Positions 1 through 9,043 of a stretch of 64,000 bases of DNA are shown piece by piece. Source of the DNA: Caldanaerobacter sp. Its GTDB lineage: Bacteria; Bacillota; Thermoanaerobacteria; Thermoanaerobacterales; Thermoanaerobacteraceae. The notes under the pieces are model-generated. The model was not told the origin of the DNA and ran no database searches. It saw only the letters and a program-made list of their open reading frames with translations. Within the stretch, counting starts at the first letter, position 1; each line of letters starts with the position of its first letter. The translations under genes were made by a program, and so were the position numbers. The stretch lies in the NCBI RefSeq assembly GCF_049701115.1, contig NZ_JBNATX010000001.1:166698-230697 (forward strand), read 5' to 3'.

Positions 1-1
1 C

Positions 2-202
2 TATGAGTTCTTTGCATCCCAAATATATTAACTCCTCAGCAGCCGTGTATCTGCCATTATTTCGCATAATTCCTCCTACCAATCCACAACCTAATAACAT
101 ATCCGTCCTTTCTAGAAGCACAACTTCAGCACCAGCTTTTCTGGCTGCCAAAGCAGCGGCACATCCTGCCCATCCACCACCAATGACTACTACTTTAACC
201 AC
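2..202 (-). CDS. FAD-dependent oxidoreductase, N-terminal part (runs off the window edge)
   Basis: Not in the ORF track. GTG at 202 with RBS GGAAAGGAAG reads MVKVVVIGGGWAGCAAALAARKAGAEVVLLERTDMLLG, a Rossmann GxGxxG motif. Overlaps the stop of the upstream gene by 8 nt. Confidence 0.85.
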   Translation of the reverse strand, partial: MVKVVVIGGGWAGCAAALAARKAGAEVVLLERTDMLLGCGLVGGIMRNNGRYTAAEELIYLGCKELI

Positions 203-1175
203 GAGACATCTTCCTTTCCAACATCTTTCTAATATCCACTTGAACCTTGCAGGTTCTCATCTTTTGTCCATCTATCTCAATTTCACAACTTCCGCATATC
301 CCTTCTCCACAGCATATTTTATTGTTATTAGATACGGCTAAATATGCTTCACTTTCATATTTATCCATATATTCTAAAATATTTATATGCTGTTCATCAG
401 AACCGCCGCTGTATATGACAGAAATTTTTTTATCCTTTATAAATTGCTTTAAAACCTCCTGCCCTTCTTCAGACAAAAGATCTGCCTCTACCAGAGTTAC
501 ATCCGAGTTTTTAATGTAATCCTTTATAAAATTTGTTTGTACTTTACCTTTATCCAACAGCACAATTACTTTGTTTTTATTCTGAATTAATTTTAATATG
601 ACGATAACTCCGGGTGCCTGTGCTATTCCCCTTAAAACCACAAGGGCTTTAGAATTATGCATCCCTTTTATATATCGTTGTCCAAACATGCCGTTCCAGT
701 AAGGTCCTCTTAAGTAAACTTCTTCTCCTTCTTTAGCAGAGGCAATAAATTTTGTCTTTGGGCCAGTTACCTGTATAGCAATTTTTATAATCCCCTCTAT
801 TTCATCTGCCCACATTACAGACATAGGCGTATCGAAAAAAGAGGGGCTAAAATATCCTCTTACGAATACATAGGCTCCAGGCTCGTTAAGATCTCTCGCA
901 AGTTTATTTGGAACCTTGAGAGTTAGTATTACCACTTCCTCATTTATTTCTTCTTTTTTTAATATCCTGGTAAATACTGTACTTCTTGTTACTTTAGCCT
1001 TGTATCCTGCCCAGACAAACTCCTGAAATACGCACACACCTTTCCAATTACAATCACAAAATTTTTTCCCCTGAAGCTGTGAACAGACTATGCACTCATT
1101 AAGTTCTGCTAAATAGCAGGGACAATATTCTGTCCCTACATCCACGCATTCAAGCCTGTTTGCCAATTTGTTCAC
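195..1175 (-). CDS. PyrK/NfnA-like FAD/NAD-binding iron-sulfur protein with Cys-rich N-terminus
   Basis: FNR-like core (DTPMSV, LRGPYWNG) and C-terminal CCGEGICGSC...C [2Fe-2S] motif; N-terminal cluster of 8 Cys. Confidence 0.75.
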   Translation of the reverse strand: MNKLANRLECVDVGTEYCPCYLAELNECIVCSQLQGKKFCDCNWKGVCVFQEFVWAGYKAKVTRSTVFTRILKKEEINEEVVILTLKVPNKLARDLNEPGAYVFVRGYFSPSFFDTPMSVMWADEIEGIIKIAIQVTGPKTKFIASAKEGEEVYLRGPYWNGMFGQRYIKGMHNSKALVVLRGIAQAPGVIVILKLIQNKNKVIVLLDKGKVQTNFIKDYIKNSDVTLVEADLLSEEGQEVLKQFIKDKKISVIYSGGSDEQHINILEYMDKYESEAYLAVSNNNKICCGEGICGSCEIEIDGQKMRTCKVQVDIRKMLERKMSRG

Positions 1176-1194
1176 CCCCGATTTTTACATTAAT

Positions 1195-1223
1195 AAAATA
1201 TTCTCGAGGACCCAAAACTATTA
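1195..1223 (-). promoter_or_regulatory. Possible sigmaE-type promoter
   Basis: TAATA-N16-AATATTTT versus consensus ATA-N16-CATAcaaT; imperfect -10. Confidence 0.35.
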
Positions 1224-1227
1224 CAAA

Positions 1228-1260
1228 ATAAAACCCCCTGAAAAAACTCAGGAGGATTTT
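1228..1260 (-). terminator. Intrinsic terminator after dacB
   Basis: cctcctga/tcaggggg hairpin followed by a T-run on the minus strand. Confidence 0.6.
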
Positions 1261-2393
1261 AGAATCTCAACCCATTTTGTTATCACTCTTTTAAAATTGT
1301 ACACAAAATCCTGTTTACCCACTTTCTCAAGAGAAATACAGTCTAATTCACAAATTTTCTCTTCACCAATTTTTACAACAGCCCATCCCACTTTTTCTCC
1401 TTTTTCTACAGGCGCATCTAACTTATCAGGGATAAAAAGTTCGATAGAGACTCTATCTTTTTCTTCTTCTGCAACAGGTACAATGCATCCCTCTTTTACG
1501 ACAACTTCAATTTCCTTTTTCTTCCCTTTTAATATTTCTACTTTCTTAACTATTTCTCCTTTTTCAAAAACTTTAAAGGGTTTAAACTTGGAAAAAGCAT
1601 AGTCTAAAATCTTCATCGAATCTTCCCACATTAAAGGACTATTTAGTACCACTGCAATAAGCCTTCGTCCTTCTCTAGTAGCCGAAGAAACTAAACATCT
1701 CCCGGCTTTATTGGTAAAACCCGTTTTTACTCCATCGGCACCTTCGTATATCCATAAAAGCTTATTCTTATTTCTTAAATATCTGTCCCATTCTTTTCCC
1801 TCCCATGGTATGGTTTTTTCTTTTGTAGAGACAATTTCTGCAAATTTAGGATAATTCAAGAAAGCGTATCTGGTAATAAGAGCTAAATCATAAGCGGTAG
1901 TGTAATGGTCATCAATTCCTATGTCAAGACCCGAAGGGGTGACGAAATGGGTATTATAAGCTCCTATCTCTTTTGCTTTTTGATTCATCATTTCTGCAAA
2001 ATTTTCCACATTTCCTGCAATATGTTCTGCTATAGCAGTGGCTGCATCATTACCCGAACTTAACATGAGACCATAAAGCAAGCTTTCCATGTCTATTTTT
2101 TCTCCAGGGGAAAGCCATATGGATGATCCCCCAATGCTAGCTGCTTTTTGACTAACTGTTACAATGTCCTTTAAGTTGCCTTTTTCTAATGCTATGATAA
2201 GAGTCATTATCTTAGTAGTACTTGCCATTGGAAGTTTCATATGCACATTTTTCTCATAAAGGACTCTTCCTGTATTTTGATCCATGACAATAGCTGCCTT
2301 TGCAGAAACAAAAGGAACCTCATTGGCATAGGCTCTATAAAGAGGAGCAATAAAAATCAACAAAACCAAAAGTAAAAAAACATATTTTTTCAT
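1248..2393 (-). CDS. dacB: D-alanyl-D-alanine carboxypeptidase (DacB-like, spore cortex)
   Basis: Signal peptide, SxxK (STTK), SGN and KTG motifs; lies downstream of ytfIJ. Confidence 0.8.
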   Translation of the reverse strand: MKKYVFLLLVLLIFIAPLYRAYANEVPFVSAKAAIVMDQNTGRVLYEKNVHMKLPMASTTKIMTLIIALEKGNLKDIVTVSQKAASIGGSSIWLSPGEKIDMESLLYGLMLSSGNDAATAIAEHIAGNVENFAEMMNQKAKEIGAYNTHFVTPSGLDIGIDDHYTTAYDLALITRYAFLNYPKFAEIVSTKEKTIPWEGKEWDRYLRNKNKLLWIYEGADGVKTGFTNKAGRCLVSSATREGRRLIAVVLNSPLMWEDSMKILDYAFSKFKPFKVFEKGEIVKKVEILKGKKKEIEVVVKEGCIVPVAEEEKDRVSIELFIPDKLDAPVEKGEKVGWAVVKIGEEKICELDCISLEKVGKQDFVYNFKRVITKWVEILKSS

Positions 2394-2415
2394 ATTTCAA
2401 CTCCCCTGTATATAC

Positions 2416-2438
2416 AAAAAAGTGGGTTCCCCCACTTT
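2416..2438 (-). terminator. Intrinsic terminator after ytfJ
   Basis: aaagtggg/cccacttt hairpin plus T-run. Confidence 0.6.
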
Positions 2439-2883
2439 AAATATCATTTCCAGTAGTAATTATTTGACTTTGCGCTTTTTTTGTCGTCTTCCCTCTGCTA
2501 AAAAGGTTTTGAATTTCTTCTAAAAGCTTTGGAGTTAAATCTATAATTCTTTCTAACATAGCACTTTGAGTTACAGGCAAAAGCCTTATCTGTCCCTGTC
2601 CTACTACCATGAAAGCTACGGGTTGGACAGATACGCCGGCTCCACTTCCTCCTGCAAAAGGCATGCTTTGAGAAGAATCTTGATCTGACCCCTTTTTATC
2701 TCCTTTAGAAAGGTTTATTTCTCCTCCTCCTGCTGCAAATCCAAAAGTAACCTTTGAGATTGGAATTATTATTGTCCCATCCGGTGTCTCTACCGCATCT
2801 CCTACGATCGTATTAACATCGATCATATCTTTTAAGCTTTCCATCGTAGTTTTCATGAGGGCGTCTATAGGATGATCGCTCAT
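2437..2883 (-). CDS. ytfJ: GerW/YtfJ family sporulation protein
   Basis: IDVNTIVGDAVET...IIPISKVTFGFAAGG and PFAGGSGAGVSVQPVAF signatures; start placed at ATG 2883 after RBS GGAGGTG. Confidence 0.9.
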   Translation of the reverse strand: MSDHPIDALMKTTMESLKDMIDVNTIVGDAVETPDGTIIIPISKVTFGFAAGGGEINLSKGDKKGSDQDSSQSMPFAGGSGAGVSVQPVAFMVVGQGQIRLLPVTQSAMLERIIDLTPKLLEEIQNLFSRGKTTKKAQSQIITTGNDI

Positions 2884-2888
2884 CTTTT

Positions 2889-3494
2889 TCACCTCCCTTT
2901 TAAAATATGCCATAACCTCATTCCATTAATAATAATATTACCACACCTACTCTTAAATATGCAAATTAAATTGCCTTCAAAAGTCCTCTCTCCGTATAAA
3001 GGCATTATATGAACTTCAGGAGGATATAAAAATCTTGCATTGTTGTATAGCGGCATCAAAGAAGTATATACTATCCCCCATAGAGAACCTGTAGAAATAG
3101 CAGTACAAGCTGCATCTTCCATTCCAATCCTCAAAGCGATATAAAATTTATCTACAGTCGTCCTCTTTAATATATCCTTTAAAAGTTGAAAAATATCAAG
3201 AATATTTATCCTTCTTATGTCTATGTTAAATTCATCAGTTTTTTTACCTAAAAGGCTCTTTTGACCTTTCCCGCCTTTTAAATTTATCCCTAAAACCTTA
3301 AAAGTCATATTTCTCGATTCGTTCAACAGATTTAAAGCAAATTTAATAATGTTTACAAAAAATATATTTATTTCTATTTCCAGGGAAATATTTTCTTGCT
3401 CTTTTTTACCTTTTACCTTTACCTGGAGTGGCAAGAAATACAAAACAAGTAAAAAGGCAGCTACTGGGAGACCATAAAATACAAAATATTTCAT
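2889..3494 (-). CDS. DUF2953 family protein (YtfI-like)
   Basis: N-terminal TM segment, G-x-x-DAA-x-TAI-x-x-G motif, directly upstream of ytfJ. Confidence 0.75.
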   Translation of the reverse strand: MKYFVFYGLPVAAFLLVLYFLPLQVKVKGKKEQENISLEIEINIFFVNIIKFALNLLNESRNMTFKVLGINLKGGKGQKSLLGKKTDEFNIDIRRINILDIFQLLKDILKRTTVDKFYIALRIGMEDAACTAISTGSLWGIVYTSLMPLYNNARFLYPPEVHIMPLYGERTFEGNLICIFKSRCGNIIINGMRLWHILKGR

Positions 3495-3525
3495 TTTTCC
3501 ACCTCTTATAATAGCCCCTCTGTAA

Positions 3526-4032
3526 TCAGTCCTTCATATCGAGTTCGGGCAATTCTTTTATGGAAGAGATTCCAAAGTACTTCAAAAAGTCCTCAGTAGT
3601 GGAATAAAGAATAGGCCTTCCCGGTGAAGGAGCTCTTCCGCTTTCTTTTATCAAATTGTACTCAAGCAACGTGTTTATAGGCTTATCACTTCTTACGCCC
3701 CTTATTTTTTCTATTTCTGCCTTTGTGATAGGTTGATTATAAGCAATTATGGCCAGTACCTCCAATGCCGCCTGAGAAAGTCCCTGTGCTATTTCTATTT
3801 TTAAGGCCTTCCTCACCACATCTCCGTACAAATCATTTGTGCACATCTCTACTTTATCCTCAAAGACCACTATATCTATGCCTCTCTCATGTTTTGCATA
3901 ATCTTCTTTTAAATCTTTAATCAGTTCTCTTACCCTTTCCTCACTAATTTCCAGGGCTTCCGCCAAGGTCCTTATTTTTACAGCTTGTCCGGCAGCAAAA
4001 AGAATAGCCTCAATTTTGCCTAATTGTTCCAT
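3526..4032 (-). CDS. scpB: SMC-Scp complex subunit ScpB
   Basis: IEAILFAAG, LSQAALEVLAIIAYNQPITK, GRPILYSTTEDFL. Confidence 0.95.
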   Translation of the reverse strand: MEQLGKIEAILFAAGQAVKIRTLAEALEISEERVRELIKDLKEDYAKHERGIDIVVFEDKVEMCTNDLYGDVVRKALKIEIAQGLSQAALEVLAIIAYNQPITKAEIEKIRGVRSDKPINTLLEYNLIKESGRAPSPGRPILYSTTEDFLKYFGISSIKELPELDMKD

Positions 4033-4750
4033 TTTTTCTCCCTTCTTTTCTTATAAAACTTATAAATATGTCTCCATAAGAAGTCTGCTGTTCTGCCATC
4101 ACTTTGTTAAGCTTTATAAGCTCTAAAAGAGCTACAAAAGACACTACTACCTCTACTTTGCTTTTGCTTTTTTTCACGATTTCGCTAAACCATATAACAG
4201 GTTTTTTTACAAGGTAAGAAAGCAGTTCTCTGATTTTCTCTACTACAGTATATTCTTCCTTCTTTATCTCGATTTTATTTTCCTCTTCTTTATTTCTCTC
4301 GATAATTCTTTTATACGCATTTTTTATGTCTTCTATTGAATAGTTAAGAGCGACCTTCTTATCTACATATTTCACATCAGGCCCTTCTCTAAAAAACCTC
4401 TGGTTTAGTCGGGACATCTCTCTCAAAATTCGCGCGGCTTCCTTGTATTTCTTATATTCTACAAGCTGTCTTACAAGTTCTTCCCTTGGATCCTCTTCCA
4501 CTTCCTTCTCTTCTTCTGATTTAAATTTAGGTAAAAGTAGTTTAGATTTAATTTCTACTAATGTGGCCGCCATTACTATAAATTCTGATGTTATGTCAAG
4601 GTCCATTTCCTGCAAAGTCTTTATATACTCCATGTATTGGTCAAGAATAAGAGAAATTGGTATATCCATCAGATCTATTTCATTTTTTTCAATCAAATGA
4701 AATAAAAGGTCAAAAGGGCCTTCGAAAACTTCTAATTTTACAGTGTACAT
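4010..4750 (-). CDS. scpA: Segregation/condensation protein ScpA
   Basis: FEGPFDLLFHLI, EFIVMAATLVEIKSKLLLP, VVSFVALLEL. Confidence 0.95.
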   Translation of the reverse strand: MYTVKLEVFEGPFDLLFHLIEKNEIDLMDIPISLILDQYMEYIKTLQEMDLDITSEFIVMAATLVEIKSKLLLPKFKSEEEKEVEEDPREELVRQLVEYKKYKEAARILREMSRLNQRFFREGPDVKYVDKKVALNYSIEDIKNAYKRIIERNKEEENKIEIKKEEYTVVEKIRELLSYLVKKPVIWFSEIVKKSKSKVEVVVSFVALLELIKLNKVMAEQQTSYGDIFISFIRKEGRKNGTIRQN

Positions 4751-4752
4751 CT

Positions 4753-5355
4753 TTACACCCCGAAAGGTTTTAGTAAAAGATTTATAAAATAGTCAAGCCC
4801 ACTTATGAGAGGCCACATAACTTTAGAAATGATACCCGTAAAAACCAAAACCAGTAGAAGAACCTGCCCATACATCTCATACTGAGAAATAACATAGGCT
4901 TCCTTCGGAGGGAGCAAGCTCCAAAGAACTTTTGAACCGTCTAGTGGAGGAACAGGGATTATATTAAAAGCTGCAAAAATTAAGTTGTAGATGTATAATA
5001 AATACAATATAGGACCTACAATGGCAATATGTCCAAAAGGCACCATCAAAATTCTAGTAATTATTGCTAACAAAACATTGGAGAGCGGACCTGCCAGCGC
5101 TACAAGAAGTACGCCTTTTCTCGTGTCTTTAAAGTAAAGCGGATTTATTGGCACAGGTTTTGCCCATCCAAATTTTAAAATCCACAACATCAAAAGTCCA
5201 ATCGGGTCTATATGAGCTATTGGATTTAAAGTAAGCCTCCCGCTTTGACGGGGAGTAGGGTCACCTAACCTATCTGCCACATATCCATGACTGAATTCAT
5301 GAAAACTCATTGCAATCAATAAAGCAGGAATTCTGTATATAAAATCTAACAACAA
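4753..5355 (-). CDS. Site-2 protease (M50) family membrane metalloprotease
   Basis: HEFSH zinc motif, AGPLSN and NIIPVPPLDG. Confidence 0.9.
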   Translation of the reverse strand: MLLDFIYRIPALLIAMSFHEFSHGYVADRLGDPTPRQSGRLTLNPIAHIDPIGLLMLWILKFGWAKPVPINPLYFKDTRKGVLLVALAGPLSNVLLAIITRILMVPFGHIAIVGPILYLLYIYNLIFAAFNIIPVPPLDGSKVLWSLLPPKEAYVISQYEMYGQVLLLVLVFTGIISKVMWPLISGLDYFINLLLKPFGV

Positions 5356-6518
5356 CTTTTTCTCTCCTTTCTTTTATCAAGGATATCTTTTATAAACATG
5401 ACCTCTTCTTCTTTACTCTTTAACTTTCCTTCTAATTTAGCCTTAAATACCTCATCCAGCAATTCACCATACAAAGGGCCCGGAGGTACTCCCAGTTCTT
5501 TGATTTCTTTTCCTCTTATGTAGGGTCTACTTTCAAGGACTCTTTTTGCTCCTTCTCCCTCCATCACTTCAAGAACTCTAACAACCTCTTTTTTTATATG
5601 TTCTATTGCCTCTCTTAATTTTCTTATCTGTCTTTTAAATTTTATTTCGTTTTTCAAAAAAATTAGATACTTGAGAGATCTAGCATACTCCTTACTTAGC
5701 CTCAATTTATTGATTACAAGATTAACGTCTTCTTCTTCGACCTTATAAAACATTATCAAAAGGCGCAACAAAACTATATCTACATCTGTATAATAAATAT
5801 CTATTTTATCTGTATTTAAAGGAATAGTTCCAAACAGAAGTTTGCTGATGCCACATCTTATTAATTCTTCTATCATTAACTTTACTTTACCTTCTTTAAG
5901 CATTAAAAAAATCTCATTTCTTATTCTGTCTTCCGATAAAAAAGCTATATATCTTATAGCGTCTTCCATTAATGCCTGTGTAACTGGTTCAATTTTAAAA
6001 GAATATCTTACAGAATATCTTATGGCCCTAAATATTCTTGTAGGATCGTCTACAAAACTTTTCTCATGAAGAATCCTTATTATCCCTTTTCTTAAGTCTT
6101 CAATTCCCCCAAAAAAATCAAGTATCCTCTCCTGCAATACATCATAGGCCAGGGTATTTATTGTAAAATCTCTTCTTTTCATATCTTCGTATATATCGGC
6201 AAACTCAATTCTGGGTAAAGCCGCTGGATAATCGTAATATTCCTTTCTCGCAGATATCACATCAATCGAAATATTTCCCTTTCTTATAGTGGCTGTCTTA
6301 AATGGCTCGTGAGTCAGGATTTCTCCCTTTATGTATTGATTAAGGGCATAAGCAAAATCTATCCCATTTCCCTCTACCACAACATCTATGTCCCAATTTT
6401 CTACGCCAAGCAAAAAATCCCTTACTACGCCTCCTACTACATAAGACTTCACACCTTTTTGCCATGAAACTTGTTTTAAGTGATCGATCAAATCCTCACC
6501 ATTAATTTTAATCCTCAA
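5346..6518 (-). CDS. Class II tRNA nucleotidyltransferase (CCA- or A-adding)
   Basis: VGGVVRD, DIDVV, RRDFTIN and DDPTR motifs; TTG start. Confidence 0.85.
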   Translation of the reverse strand: MRIKINGEDLIDHLKQVSWQKGVKSYVVGGVVRDFLLGVENWDIDVVVEGNGIDFAYALNQYIKGEILTHEPFKTATIRKGNISIDVISARKEYYDYPAALPRIEFADIYEDMKRRDFTINTLAYDVLQERILDFFGGIEDLRKGIIRILHEKSFVDDPTRIFRAIRYSVRYSFKIEPVTQALMEDAIRYIAFLSEDRIRNEIFLMLKEGKVKLMIEELIRCGISKLLFGTIPLNTDKIDIYYTDVDIVLLRLLIMFYKVEEEDVNLVINKLRLSKEYARSLKYLIFLKNEIKFKRQIRKLREAIEHIKKEVVRVLEVMEGEGAKRVLESRPYIRGKEIKELGVPPGPLYGELLDEVFKAKLEGKLKSKEEEVMFIKDILDKRKERKSCC

Positions 6519-6557
6519 AAAACCACCCTTTTTACCTAAATTTTCTCTTACTTTTAT

Positions 6558-6566
6558 ATTATATCA
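6558..6566 (-). promoter_or_regulatory. SigmaA extended -10 promoter upstream of the tRNA nucleotidyltransferase operon
   Basis: TGaTATAAT about 40 nt upstream of the start. Confidence 0.5.
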
Positions 6567-6601
6567 TCACCCTAAAATAAAAAAAAGCTAAAACTAAGCT
6601 C

Positions 6602-6958
6602 CTATTTCTTAGTTTTAGGATTAAAGATCAAAGCAAAAATGTATCCAAAAAATACAGCTGCAGCGATTCCTCCCGCCGTAGCTGTAAGGCCACCAGTAAA
6701 AGCCCCAATTAATCCATCCTTTTCCACTGCTTTAATAACACCTTGAGCAAGAGAATTGCCAAAACCCATAAGTGGAATGGTAGCTCCTGCTCCTCCTATG
6801 TCAATCAATTTTTTATAGACTCCTATCCCTCCGAGAATAGCTCCAAGTGTAACATATGTTACAAGTATCCTCGCAGGAGTCAATTTTGTCTTATCTATCA
6901 AAATCTGTGCGATGGCACAAATTAAACCGCCCATCAAAAAAGCTCTAATATAATCCAT
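6602..6958 (-). CDS. spoVAE: Stage V sporulation protein AE
   Basis: AFLMGGLICAIAQ, GAGATIPLMGFG. Confidence 0.9.
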   Translation of the reverse strand: MDYIRAFLMGGLICAIAQILIDKTKLTPARILVTYVTLGAILGGIGVYKKLIDIGGAGATIPLMGFGNSLAQGVIKAVEKDGLIGAFTGGLTATAGGIAAAVFFGYIFALIFNPKTKK

Positions 6959-6968
6959 AAAATACCTC

Positions 6969-7985
6969 CTAAGAAAGTGTTGTAGATATTGTTATTGCAT
7001 GGGCAATCCCCGGAATAGATTCACCCTGATAGGTACTGGTAGGAGATAATAATGCTCCTGTAGCCATAAAAAGCACCCTTTTATATACGCCATTTTTTAT
7101 CTGAGAGATCAACCATCCATTTAATACAACGGCCGAACAGGCTGCTCCACTTCCTCCTGAGTGAACATCTTGTGATTCATAGAAAATTTCTATTCCACAG
7201 TCTTTATACTTATCAGAAATATCAAACCCTTCTTTATAAAGCAGTTCTAAAAGTATGTCTCTCCCTACCCTTCCTAGATCTCCCGTCATGATAAGGTCAT
7301 AATCTTCAATTGTAAATCCTGTATCTTTAAAATGAGTTATTATGGTATCTGCTGCAGCGGGTGCCATCGCAGCCCCCATATTGTTTGGATCTTTCATTCC
7401 AAGGTCCACAACTTTTCCAGTGGTGGCATGAGTTATATAAGGTCCTTCACCGGTTGAAGCTAAAATGGTAGCTCCCGCACCTGTCACAGTCCACTGAGAA
7501 GTAAAAGGTCTTTGGATGCCTTGTTCTAATGGGTACCTGTATTGCCTTTCAGCAGTAGCAAAGTGACTGGAAGTAGCTGCTATGACGTAATCAGCATAAC
7601 CCCCATCTATTAACATTGCTCCTAATGTCAGTCCTTCTGTCATTGTAGAGCAGGCGCCATAGAGCCCAAAATGAGGTACATTTAGCTGCCTTGCGGCAAA
7701 ATTTGCGCTTATTATTTGGTTTAAAAGGTCTCCACCTAAGAGATAATCAATATCCGATATTTTTAAATTAACCTTTTTTAACGCTAAATTTACTGCATCT
7801 TGAAACATTTTTGATTCGGCTTTTTCCCAGCTTTTTTCCCCATAGGTATCATCCACTAATATCATGTCAAAATAATCCTTCAAGGGACCTTCTCCTTCTT
7901 TGGGCCCTACTATTGTCCCTCCTGCAATTATAGAGGGAGGATTTCTAAACTTTACCGTCTGAGCTCCTAGTTTTTTCTCTGCCAT
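6969..7985 (-). CDS. spoVAD: Stage V sporulation protein AD
   Basis: GGDLLNQ, GLYGACST, SGGSGAACS, ESIPGIAH. Confidence 0.95.
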   Translation of the reverse strand: MAEKKLGAQTVKFRNPPSIIAGGTIVGPKEGEGPLKDYFDMILVDDTYGEKSWEKAESKMFQDAVNLALKKVNLKISDIDYLLGGDLLNQIISANFAARQLNVPHFGLYGACSTMTEGLTLGAMLIDGGYADYVIAATSSHFATAERQYRYPLEQGIQRPFTSQWTVTGAGATILASTGEGPYITHATTGKVVDLGMKDPNNMGAAMAPAAADTIITHFKDTGFTIEDYDLIMTGDLGRVGRDILLELLYKEGFDISDKYKDCGIEIFYESQDVHSGGSGAACSAVVLNGWLISQIKNGVYKRVLFMATGALLSPTSTYQGESIPGIAHAITISTTLS

Positions 7986-7997
7986 CTTCTTACCCCT

Positions 7998-8444
7998 TTA
8001 CTTAATTATATAGTAAATTATTCCTATTAGTATTGAAGTGCTTACTCCATATACTATTACAGGGCCTGCAATAGTGAACATTCTCGCACCTACCCCAAAT
8101 ACAAAGCCCTCCTTCTTAAACTCCATGGCAGGTGATACTATGGAATTGGCAAATCCGGTTATAGGAACTATACTACCAGCCCCCGCAAATTTTCCAATGT
8201 CATCGTATATTCCTATCCCGGTTAAGAATGCTCCAATAAAAACCATCGTTATAGCTACCAATGTATTTGCATCTTCCATAGAAAATCCTTTTGAAAGATA
8301 AAAATTCAAGAAAAATTGGCCTATGTCGCTTATCAATCCTCCTACTACAAAGGCCATAATCACGTTTTTTAAAAGGGTCGGTTTAGGTTCATACTTTTGT
8401 GCAATATTTTTATACTCCTGTTCTTTCTTTACATCTCTCTCCAT
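7998..8444 (-). CDS. spoVAC: Stage V sporulation protein AC
   Basis: AFVVGGLI, AGAGSIVPITGFANS, GARMFTIAGPV; start moved to ATG 8444 after RBS AGGAG. Confidence 0.92.
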   Translation of the reverse strand: MERDVKKEQEYKNIAQKYEPKPTLLKNVIMAFVVGGLISDIGQFFLNFYLSKGFSMEDANTLVAITMVFIGAFLTGIGIYDDIGKFAGAGSIVPITGFANSIVSPAMEFKKEGFVFGVGARMFTIAGPVIVYGVSTSILIGIIYYIIK

Positions 8445-8550
8445 CCTTTTTCTCCTTTCTGCTAAAAACCCCTGTACAATTTTTAACAACTTACATGCGA
8501 ACATGAAATGCGGCTTATCTATCGTTTATTTTTATCTTATTAACAGGGAA

Positions 8551-8686
8551 AGAGCACTGTAAAAAATACTTTTAGTTTGTTGACAAACTTCTTCTTATTT
8601 AGTGGCATTTTGTGTTAATGCTTGTAAGTCGCATTTACACACAAAATGCCACTTCTTTATTTTGTCAGCAGGCTGAGAGGTGCTCT
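8551..8686. repeat. Nested inverted-repeat element (MITE-like) between dodecin and spoVAC
   Basis: Outer AGAGCAC/GTGCTCT; middle TAGTTTGTTGACAAA (8573-8587) / TTTGTCAGCAGGCTG (8661-8675), 11 of 15 matching; inner perfect 15 bp AGTGGCATTTTGTGT/ACACAAAATGCCACT. Confidence 0.65.
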
Positions 8687-8690
8687 AAAA

Positions 8691-9023
8691 TTAATCTAAT
8701 TGGCCATCCGCTCTGTAAGCTATTTGTATATTGGCCTTATATTCTACTATCTTGCCATTTTTCACATTTGCCGTCTGATTTACAACTTCTATTCCTGAAA
8801 TATTTGGAACACTTTTAGAAGCTTCTTCTACAGCTTTGTGAATAGCGTCCTCCCAGCTTATTGTAGAATCCCCCACTACATTCAAAACTTTTACAACCGC
8901 CATACTACTTCCTCCTTCATAGACTAAATTTGCACTATCAGGAATTTTCTTAGGAACATTTTTTAGATAAAAAATAGCTACAATTAGAAGTAGCACTACA
9001 ACTGCAATCAATAATTTTCTCAT
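8691..9023 (-). CDS. Dodecin family protein with N-terminal hydrophobic extension
   Basis: C-terminal 70 aa (VKVLNVVGDSTISWEDAIHKAVEEASK...GKIVEYKANIQIAYR) match the dodecin pattern; residues 1-20 look like a signal or TM segment; internal ATG with its own RBS. Confidence 0.8.
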   Translation of the reverse strand: MRKLLIAVVVLLLIVAIFYLKNVPKKIPDSANLVYEGGSSMAVVKVLNVVGDSTISWEDAIHKAVEEASKSVPNISGIEVVNQTANVKNGKIVEYKANIQIAYRADGQLD

Positions 9024-9043
9024 ATCACTTCACCAACCATTAT

